Of a DNA stretch of 64,000 nucleotides, positions 49,590 through 59,444 are shown piece by piece (positions within the stretch are counted from its first letter, which is position 1; the number at the start of each line of letters is the position of its first letter). The stretch spans positions 141,114,001 through 141,178,000 of the forward strand of contig CM059431.1 of assembly GCA_030390025.1 (NCBI GenBank), given 5' to 3'. Under the pieces are notes generated by a model that did no database searches, had not been told where the DNA came from, and saw only the letters and a list, made by a program, of their open reading frames with translations. Source of the DNA: Squalus acanthias (taxonomy: Eukaryota). Both the position numbers and the translations under genes were made by a program.

Positions 49590-50060
49590 TTTACAATGTT
49601 TATGCCAGAACTGAGAGTTTACAACTATCTAGAAAATTTGAACAGGCTGGGCTTTTTTCTCAAGTAAAGAGAAGGCTGATGGGTGACCTGATAGAGGTCT
49701 TTAAACTTATGAAGGGCTTTTGATAGGGGAGATGTAGAGAAGATGTTTCCACTTGCTGGAGTATCCGAAACATTGGATATTCCCTAATAAATCCAACAGG
49801 GAATTCAGGAGAAACTTCCTTAGTCAGATAGTTGTGAGCATGTAGATTCCTACAACATGGAATAAATGAGGCAAATTGCTTAGATGCATTTAAGGGGATG
49901 CTAGATAAATACATGAGGGAGAAAGGAAAAACATGATATGCTGATAGGTTTACATGTGGTAGGGTGGGAGGTGATTCGTCTGGATCATAACCAGCGGCCT
50001 GGATCAGTATCAGTGGGGCCGAATGGCCGGTTTCTGTGCTGTAGATTCTATGTAATTGTT
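49590..50060 (+). mobile_element. CR1-type LINE 3' fragment
   Basis: agaaggctgatgggtgacctgatagaggtctttaaa (RRL-GDLIEVFK); tail gggccgaatggcc..ttctatgt. Confidence 0.75.
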
Positions 50061-50165
50061 TGTAAAAATTGAATCAGAATGTTTTCCGACGGGAGGCTCG
50101 GTAGTTGTGGAGGAGAGCTCCATGATAGTGTGACTGGTTTATTTTTCTGATGTCTCTGTTCTTAG

Positions 50166-50319
50166 TTCTGTTCCGGTGCCCCCTCTGACCTGCAGTCACA
50201 GATATCTGACAGCGGGCACTGGGCTCTCCTGGGCGACTTCTTCCTGAAGCGAGTCTCCAGCTGCCTGCTTGCCCTGCTGCTCCTCATCATTTCCCTCTTC
50301 CTGCTCTCCATAGACACAG
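50166..50319 (+). other. Orphan candidate exon encoding a signal-peptide/TM-like segment
   Basis: ctctgttcttag| ... ACA G|gtaaag; open frame FCSGAPSDLQSQISDSGHWALLGDFFLKRVSSCLLALLLLIISLFLLSIDT; no ATG in frame. Confidence 0.5.
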
Positions 50320-50659
50320 GTAAAGGGGAAGGTCCAAAATATCCCCTCAGCGTGATGGAGAAACCGTTCACAAGCTGGAGATAGTAAAAGGCCACAAACA
50401 TGGACTCTTCAGAAAGAAAGTTTCCCCAAGTACACAATCCTAATAAAGTGCATCCAATAGGAATCGCTCCTGACAACCGCCACCGAGCAACAAGCAGCAT
50501 CGCTTTGGTGGGGGTTTGTGAGTCGGAATACGGACGATAAAGAGGAAATTCCAATAGTTTTAAATCCCATTTTCATCCAGCGGGCAGAGCGGGTGCTGGA
50601 AATTTCGCACCATCGGAAAATCAGTGCCAGACATTTACAACACACATTCCGCATGGATC

Positions 50660-51800
50660 AACTCTTGTGTAAGTGTTGTGTATCACCAGTACCGGAGGAG
50701 CGCAGTTACATCTGGAGGAAGTGCAGTGGTTGCACTAGTACTGCAGGAGTGCGGTCACCTCTAGTGTAAAGGTACTGGTGCGATTAATACCGGAGTAGCA
50801 CGGTCACTTCTCATGTAAGTGTAGGTGCCACTAGTGCAGGAGGAGAATGCTCAAATCTAGTGTAAGTGTAGGTGCCACTAGTACAGGAGGTGAACGCTCT
50901 CATCTAGTGTAATTGACATGTACCACCAGTACCAGAGGAGCCCGGTCACCTCTAGTGGATCTGTAGGGTACCACTAGTACAGGAGGAGCGCGCTCACATC
51001 TAGTGCAAGTGTATGTGCCACTAGTACAGGAGGAGAACGCTCACATCTAGTGTAAGTGTAGGTGCCACTAGTACAGGAGGAGAACGCTCACATCTAGTTT
51101 AAGTGTGGGTGCCACTAGTACAGGAGGAGAATGCTCACATCTAGTGTAAGTGTAGGTGCCACTAGTACAGGAGGAGAACGGTCACATCTAGTGTAAGTGT
51201 AGGTGCAAGTAGTACAGGAGGAGAATGCTCACATCTAGTGTAGGTGACACTAGTACAGGAGGAGAACGCTCACATCTAGTGTAGGTGACACTAGTACAGG
51301 AGGAGCTCGCACACATCTCGTGTAAGTGTAGGTGCCACTAGTACCGGAGGAGCGTGCTCACATGTAGTGTAAGTGTAGATGCCACTAGTACAGGAGGAGA
51401 ACGCTCACATCTAGTGTAAGTGTAGGTGCCACTAGTACAGGAGGAGCGTGCTAACATGTAGTGTAAGTGTAGATGCCACTAGTACAGGAGGAGCTCGCAT
51501 CACATCTAGTGTAAGTGTAGGTGCCACTACTACAGGAGGAAAACGCTCACATCTAGTGTAAGTGTAAGTGCCACCAGTACAGGAGGGGCGCGATCACATC
51601 TAGTGTAAGTGTAGGTGCCACTAGTACAGGAGGGGCGCGATCACATCTAGTGTAAGTGTAGGTGCCACTAGTACAGGAGGGGCGCGCTCACATCTAGCGT
51701 AAGTGTAGGTGCCATTAGTACAGGAGGAGCTCGCTCACATCGAGTGTAAGTGTAGAGTACAACTAGTAACGGAGGCGAACGCTCATATTTAGTGTAAGGA
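50660..51800 (+). repeat. 47-bp minisatellite (actagtacaggaggagaacgctcacatctagtgtaagtgtaggtgcc)
   Basis: About 20 well-conserved units. Confidence 0.95.
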
Positions 51801-52019
51801 GAGGGCTTGAGTCTGTGTCTAGGGAACGGGGTTTGTGGTGAGAACCGAACACTATGGCTTCGGTCTTCCCAACATTTAGTTGGAGGAAAGTTCTGCTTAT
51901 CCAATGCTTGATGTCGGATAAGCAGCGTGACAATTTAGAGGCAGTGGAGGTGTCGGGGGATGTGCTGGTGATTTACAGCGTACATGTTCCCCATCCGAAG
52001 TCACATCATCAGTTTGCAA

Positions 52020-53010
52020 ATATACACCACTCACGACCCCTCCACCTTCTCTAAATTAACACACTGCTTGTCCGACATCCAATACTGGATGAGCAGAAAT
52101 TGCATCCAATTAAATATATGAAAGACCAAAGCGATTTACTTCGGTCCCCACCAGGAACACCATTCCCTAGCACCGGACTCCATCTCTCAACGCGGCAAAT
52201 GACTGAGGTTGATCCAGACTGTTTGTAACCTTGGTGTCATTTTTGATCCCGAGATGAGCTTCCGACTACATAACCGCACCATCACCAAGACCGCCTATTA
52301 CCACCTCTAGAACATCCCCCGTCCAAGCCCCTGTTTCAGCTCATCTCCGGCTGAAACAAGCCTTTCTTACCTCCAGACGTATCTATTCCAACGCACTCCT
52401 GGCCGGTCTCCCACGTTGTAATTTCTGTTAACTTGAGGTCATCCAAAACGCTGCTGCCCCTGTCCTAACTTGCACTAAGCCCCATTCGCACATTATCCCC
52501 GTGCTCGCTGACCAACATTGGCTCCTGGTTAAGAAACGCCTCGATTTTAAAATTCTCATCCTTGTTCTCAAATCCCTACATGGCCTGGCCCCTCCCTGTC
52601 TCTGTAATCCCCTCCAGCCCCACAAATCTCCGAAATATCTGCGCTTATCCAAATCCAGCCTCTTGAGCTTCGCTGATTTTAATCTCTCAAATATTGGCGG
52701 CCGTGTCTTCAGCTGCTAAGGCCCTAAGCGCTGGAAATTCCCTCCCTAAAGCTCGCCGCCTCTCTACTTTTCTTTCCTCCTTAACGACACTCCTTAAAAC
52801 CTGCCTCTTTGATCAAGATTTTGGTTTTCTAAACTAACATCTTCCTATGTGTCTTGGTGTCAATTCTTGTTTGATAATGCTCCTGTGAAGCGCATTGGGA
52901 GGTTTTACGAACTTACGAACCACCAACTTTCCTCCTTACTTGCTGCACCTGCATACTAACCTTTTACGACATTAAAAGCACCATAAAAATTCAAGTTGTT
53001 GTTGTTGTTA
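52020..53010 (+). mobile_element. L2-type LINE 3' part (preceded by an opposite-orientation L2-like piece at about 51800-51980)
   Basis: LADQHWLLVKKRLDFKILILVLKSLHGLAP; tail (gtt)n at about 52995-53008. Confidence 0.85.
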
Positions 53011-53058
53011 AGTGTAAGGCTACCACGAGTACTGTAGATTCAGTATGATCATTAGTGT

Positions 53059-53497
53059 ATAGGCCAAAAATTCGATGCTTCCAGGGTGAGGATGCACTCT
53101 TTAGGCGTGCTAAAGTGCCAGTTTCTTGCATGCACCGCGCATGCGCGGGAAACCGGAACTTCCGGTCTGGTGAAGGGGGCGGTTCATAGGTTGAAGCGCG
53201 TGCGCGGTAGAGGCTGCGCGCACGCAGCAAACTCAGGTTTTTTTTCAGGTTTCTACGGGAGGGTAAGTATTGTAGAACCTGCGCTTTTACAGAGGAGGTC
53301 TTCCTGTCACGTGATCCCAGGGGACGCATCGCAATAACTGCGCCCCTGGGACACGCAAGCACTGCGCGCCGGCAGTTGGGAGAGGCCCAGGAGCTGAAGT
53401 TCCCGTGGGCCCAGAGGTCAACCGCAGGCACGGTAGGTAAGTGCGCGCGCGAACCTTACCCCCGGGGCAAGCCAGAGAGGCGAATTTCAGGACCTAT
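53059..53497. mobile_element. MITE inside the minisatellite edge
   Basis: TIR ataggccaaaaattcg / cgaatttcaggacctat; CpG-rich interior shares motifs with 6011-6760 and 8635-9330. Confidence 0.7.
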
Positions 53498-53509
53498 GTT
53501 TATGGCAGC

Positions 53510-54930
53510 TGGTTAACCACTAGTGTAAGTGTAAGGGTAACAGTCGTACCGGAAGAGCAGGTACACGTCTAGTGTATGTGTAGGGTACCACAGGTACGGA
53601 AGAAGCACGGTCAAAACTAGTGTAAATTTAGGAGTACGACTAGTACCGGAGAAGCACTATTATCTCTAATGTAATTGTAGGTGTACCAGTAATACAAGAG
53701 TAACTTGCTGATACCTTGCTTAACCGTGACGGTGCTACAAGTACCGGAGGAGCACGGTTACCTCTTGATTAATTTTAGGGGTAACACTAGTGTAGGAGGT
53801 GCACTGTCAACAGTAGTGTTATTGTAGGGGTACCACTAGTGTAGGAAGAGCCCGGTCACCTCTAGTGTTAGTGTAGGGGCACCACTAGTACAGGAGGAGC
53901 ACGGTCACCTCTCGAGTGTAAGTGTAGGGGCACCACTAATACAGGAGGAGAATGGTCAACGCTAGTTTAAGTGTAGGGGCACCACTAGTGCAGAAGGAGC
54001 ACGGGCAACGCTAGTATTAGGGTAAAGGTACCACGAGTATAAGAGGAGCCGGGTCACATCTAGTGTAAGTATAGTGACACCACTAGTACAGGAGGAGCCC
54101 AGTCATCTCTAGTGCAATTATAGGGGCACCACCATTACAGAAGGAGTCCGGTCACCTCTAGTGTAAATGTTGGGGTAACACTGGGACAGGAGGGACACGG
54201 TCACCTCTAGTGTAAGTGTAGGGGTAACACTGGGACAGGAGGGGCACCGTCAAATGTAGTGTAAGTGTAGGGGTAACACTGGGACAGGAGAGGCACCGTC
54301 ACATCTAGTGTAAGTGTAGGGGTAACACTGGGACAGGATGGACACGGTCACATCTAGTGTAAGTGTAGGGGTAACACTGGGACAGGTGGAGTCTCATCAA
54401 ATGTCAGTTTAGGGGTAGTACTGGGACAGGAGGAGCACGGTCACATCTAGTGTCAGTGTAGGGATAGCACTCGGAAAGGAGGGGCATGATCACATCTTGT
54501 GTCAGTGTAGAGGTAACACTGGGACAGGAGGGACACGGTCACATCTAGTGTCAGTGGAGGGGTAACCCTGGGACAGGAGCGGCACGGTCACATCTACTGT
54601 CAGTGGAGTGGTGCACTGGGACAGGAGGGGCACGGTCACATCTAATGTAAGTGCAGAGATACTACTGTACACGAGGAGCACACGCACATCTAGTGTATGA
54701 GGGGTATACCACTAGCATCGGAGGAGTAGCACTGTCAATAGTAGTGTTAGTGTTGTGCTACCACTATTACCATAGCAGCACGTTCAACATCAGTGTACAC
54801 GGTACTAGTACCTCAGGAGTTCGGACACATGTAGCCTAAGATTATGTTGCCAGTATTACAGGAGGAGAACTGTCCCTCTAATCTAAATGTAGGGTACAAC
54901 TAGTACTGGAGGAGCCCTGTCACCTCTAAT
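53510..54930 (+). repeat. 49-bp minisatellite upstream of GPCR copy C
   Basis: Units such as actagtacaggaggagcacggtcacctctagtgtaagtgtaggggcacc and acactgggacaggaggg..cggtcacatctagtgtaagtgtaggggta. Confidence 0.92.
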
Positions 54931-55225
54931 GCTGCCAGACTGGGCTCTTCACCAGTATTGCAGGATTTGATTCACTGCCTGTTCTGGAGGAGTTGGTGCA
55001 CTAGGAGTGAATCAAGGGCAGGGTCATGACAATTGTTGCCTGGGGAGCTGCATTCACCAGGCCTGTAGGACTAGGGTCAGCACCAGGACTGGGAGATTGC
55101 ACTTCCTACTCGTAAACAATTTTCAAATGCTGTATTTTGTAAAACTATCCAACAACAATTTCACAGATTTCTCTTAATCTGACGTATCGGATAAAAAAAC
55201 AACTTACCTGAGTCTATTTGTTAAA

Positions 55226-55303
55226 TGACTGTAACTAATGCTAATTATGATTTAACCTGATGGACTCCCTGGAGGTTTGATGTGTGGATAAATATAGGTT
55301 CCC
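55226..55303 (+). promoter_or_regulatory. Putative proximal promoter of GPCR copy C
   Basis: TGACTGTAACTAATGC at 55226-55241 followed by TAATTA; gataaatatagg at 55287-55298. Confidence 0.45.
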
Positions 55304-55373
55304 TTCCATTGCCCCAGCCGTGCGCCAGTCAGAGTCATTTTGCTCCAACAGAATTCATCCATTCTCACAGAGA

Positions 55374-55443
55374 ATGGGGCAATCAACTATTCTGCTGATC
55401 AAACAGATTTACTACCCGATTCTCGCGGCCGTCGCTGTCCCTG
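55374..55443 (+). pseudogene. GPCR copy C, exon 1 (MGQSTILLIKQIYYPILAAVAVP, phase 1)
   Basis: 70 nt, donor G|gtgag; 447-nt intron 55444-55890. Confidence 0.9.
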
Positions 55444-55890
55444 GTGAGCCATTTTAACCTGCTTGTTGTTAATCGGGATTAACTGTATCCATGTACATAG
55501 AGCCTGTTTGATAAGGTAACGGGTTTTCTAGATGGCAGCATTGCACAGTCGGTAGTGAGTGGAACCAAATCGTGAACCGCGTGTCCTCACTTACCGCATT
55601 CCCCTTAATCCAATAACCTCACTGATGTTACAATGTTCTTTGAAGCTACAACACATGGATTTAAGCGGATTTCCGGACCGTCTTATCACCCCGTGCAGAG
55701 TGAGCGCTGCAGCAGCTCATTAAAATGTGTGGGTGGTTTTCCCAGGTAATGGCTCCAATACTAATCCTGTTCTCACACTGCTCCGTGTTGATAATCACAC
55801 TGAATGGAGTAAAATGCTCTCCACAGGGATCTCCATATATATTTCAATCAGACACTTGAACATTATTTTTTTCCTCTCTCTTTCTTACAG

Positions 55891-56795
55891 CGAACTTGGT
55901 GGCAATGGTGATTCTTTCCCGGGGAAACTGCGGTCTTTCCAAGTGTATCTATGTCTACATGGTGGCCATGGCAACAGCAGATCTACCGGTCTTGATCATC
56001 AATGTAATCGTGTATCATATTTTCAATTATCACTTTCCACTTTCATTCCGGTTCCACACTCCCGTCTGTAAGTTCATTCTATACATGACTGTTGTCACCC
56101 TCGATTTGTCTGTTTGGTTCACCGTCTCCTTCACATTTGATCGATTTGTAGTTATCCAATGACAGAAGTTTAAAGCAAAGTATTGCACCGAGAAAACTGC
56201 GGCCGCGATTATAACAGCGTTCTCAGTCCTAATCTTTTTAAAGGACATCCCTGTATTGTTTGCATTTGAAGCTGAACAAATAATTAACAGGGTGCAGTGT
56301 GGCTGCCGGAACAGTGTGGCTTTTGTTTCCTCACCTCCAGGTGTAGCGTACGTCTGGTTTCACAGCGCCTGGGGCGTTTAGCTTCCTTTTACTTTAATTG
56401 TCTTGTTTAATTATTTGACAGTCAGACGTATTTTAGTGGCCAGCAGAGCCCGCAGGGGACTCCGGGGTCACAGAAGTGAAAATCTGAGAGATACAGAGAC
56501 AGAGAACCGAAGGAAATCCATCATTTTACTGTTCACTGTATCGGGCAGTTTTATATTGCTGTGGCTGACAACTGCCGTGAGTTTTGTAACTACCAGACTG
56601 ACAAACCCCACTTATTACCGAGGTGACCGCACAGACCCTGGATATATCGCCACTGAAACCGGAACAATGTTGAAGTTTTTGAGTTGCTTTCAAAACCCAT
56701 GTATTTATGTAGCGACCCAGACGAAATTCAGAGAAGAGCTGAAGAAGGTGGTGAAATCCCCCTGGGCACTCATTCTGAGATTAGGTAGAAAATGA
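55891..56795 (+). pseudogene. GPR139/GPR142-like GPCR copy C, exon 2 (two internal stops)
   Basis: tttcttacag|CG AAC; single frame to TGA 56795 (spliced 975 nt) with TGA 56160-56162 and TAG 56379-56381; TFDRF, FILLWL, QNPCIYVATQTKFREEL motifs. Confidence 0.92.
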
Positions 56796-57739
56796 GAATG
56801 AAAAGAATCAATCAAACGAAAGCTTCCTCGTAACTAAATCTCCGTTTGAACTCTTTTTTCACAGTAGAACGTCCTTCTTTCCGGTAATGTGAAATTGGGA
56901 GTGAACTTGTGTAAACATTTCTTCCATTTTGCAGCATGTGTTTGATGTGTTCAGTTCTTAATTGTGCATGCTTCTTTTATTGAGTAAATATATCCTATTC
57001 CTGCAAATTTAGCACATTTCAAGTTCAGGGATCATAGATAACGATGATGAGGTTCAGCAGTGCAGTCTGACATGTGAGCAACAGAGGAATCCACCTGACA
57101 CTGCAGGTACTGGGATCGGTCGCGGCCACTTTCCAATCATCAATAAAGATTCATTCGGTGCCGAAACAATCAAAGGTCTTGCGATCGCCGATATTGGTAA
57201 CGTTCATGGAGGTTTGGTGTGAATATTGCATGCGCGGCTCTCTCTATCGGACTCCATTCCTCATTGACAAATAGAGCCTGCTCTTGTCACGTGATCAGTG
57301 TTCGATTGGAGGAAACAGTCGGAACTCGGCTTATCGATGTGAACTTTCACCTCTTTTTTCACAGATTCTGACATAAAATCTCGGTGGTGCGCCGACCGGT
57401 GTCTATCACTCAGCACAAAGATGAAGTCTGCTCTTGTTTTGTGCAGTCGATAAAATTATTGAAATTCTGTCTCAATCAGGCACCCAAACAAAGTTGGAAA
57501 GGAATGTAAAATTAATGATTTTTCAAAAAGTTATTAATTATTACAATTATTACAAGTGATCTGTTAAAAACACTGCCAGAAATTCAGATACAATACAACT
57601 AATATTTAGTATTCTCTGTTTGGATGAACATTTGCAGACGGTCAGTAAAAATCTTTGGTAATTACCGTTTTATTAGGCGTTTACACATTTTTCAAATAAT
57701 AATTGAATAATCACAGCAACTTTGAATCTGTTACAAATT

Positions 57740-58490
57740 GTTCATCGGGAAATCGCCCGATTGTGCGAGAAACGTCAAGAAATTGGAGCAGAATTTCAAT
57801 GGGAAGGAGCTGAATGTTGTGGATGGACAGCGAAAGATAGGAATACAAATATTCAATTCCTAGAAAGTTCATGAGCAAACCAACAGGAATTACTGTTTGA
57901 TAGACAGGGACATTAATCACAAGAATAAACAAGTGATGATGAATCTTTACAAAATGGTGAGGCCACCGTTAGAACACCAGGTACAGCTTCGGTCCCTCAT
58001 TGTGGAAAGACTATTAAATCCACTGAGAGCGGGCAGTGTAGATACACCAGGATGGTGCCATGGATCAGAACTATGCTGGTGATGAGGGTCAAGATGTTGG
58101 TACTATTTGCACTGGAGCAGCGAAAGCTAAGAGGTGATTTATTAGAGATGCTATAAATTATCAACAGTTTCGTCAGAGTGAAGAGGGAGAGATTTTTCCA
58201 TTTCGTAAGCGAGCTAGCATTAAAGGGTGTTCGACTTAAAATGGTCACAAAGGGAATGAGCAGAGTGGTTAGAAGGAACTTATTTCTGCAAAGGGTGCTG
58301 GGGCATGGAATGTTTTACCTCACAGAATATTTTGAGGGCAGTTAGGTGAATATTTGAAAACGAGAAAATAATTGTCTGTGGAGAGAGAGGAGGAGAGTGC
58401 CGATAGTTTTTGATTGCTGTCTCGAAGAACCCAATGCAGATAGAATGGTTCAAATTACTAACTCCCGCCCAGTAAATTTCCGTGGTTTTA
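57740..58490 (+). mobile_element. Old CR1-type LINE 3' fragment
   Basis: NLYKMVRPPLEHQVQ; ctggagcagcgaaagctaagaggtgattta (LEQRKLRGDL). Confidence 0.7.
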
Positions 58491-59444
58491 TAGTTTTATC
58501 TCTGTTGGTATCATTTTCATTTTTTTAAGATACACTCATCCCACTTGAGCTTCAATTGAACAAAAGATTAAAAATAAACTGATTCCAAGGAAGATCACGG
58601 AGGTTCAATCGTCACCTGTCTCTTTCAGTTTCCCATTTGTCGATAACCTACTTTCATTTTGTAAAGAGCTGTCTGTGCAGTGCCAGATCTCCCAACCATC
58701 CCATAATTCCTCACCATTTGTAGATGTAGAACCTTGTCCGTTGCTTCGTTAAAATCAGACTGGGTCATTCCAGCTGCATTTCCCCTGCCCTACAGGCCAG
58801 TGATGTGTTTCAGAAACAACAGCAGGTTAGTTAAAGATGACACATCGTCCCTCAAAGCAATACAATTCCCATTTGCTTTCATCCTTTCCAAGGTGCTCAC
58901 CCATTAGATCTCTCCTGGCCTTATTTTAAACACTGGGATTATTTCAGCAACTGTCGGAACCTCAGGAATCTTCTCTAATTGAGGAAATGTGTACCAGTGT
59001 CAGTAAACCTTCACGCCGGTCAGTCCACATTCCATTATCTCCCGGTATCTGGGTCCCTGGATTCCAGATTTCCATTTTATGTGGTTGAACAATGTAACTA
59101 TATTTCAAAACCCGTTGTTCTCTGTCGCTCATTCAAGCCCTCCTTCAATGATTCACTTGTGTTCTACTTCGAATATTTACCTAACAGTCGTGGCTACTCC
59201 TTAATATCTACCTGCTAGATTTTTGGATAATTAAAATGCTTTTACTTTATCCTTAATATTGCTCCCTGCATGGATAAATACATTTTAATTCCACACTCGC
59301 TAAAACTTTCTTAACTAAATTCCGCTTGTCTACTCCAGTGTTGGGACATTCCAGACCTGCCCCACCCCCGGAGTCTCACACACACAGGGGCAGATTATCG
59401 GAAAATTATGTAAGGGCTTCCTTAGCTTTCAATCCTAAAAACAA

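Noticed and set aside
55727..56071. Near-identical ORFs MWV.FP.NGSNTNPVLTLLRVDNH at 55727 (+) and 835 (-) as a conserved small protein
   Set aside because: They are the duplicated GPCR intron; frames diverge at the exon boundary.
56160..56381. Selenocysteine or readthrough of stops in GPCR C
   Set aside because: Second stop is TAG, paralogs have ordinary Cys/Trp codons at these sites, and no SECIS was evident.
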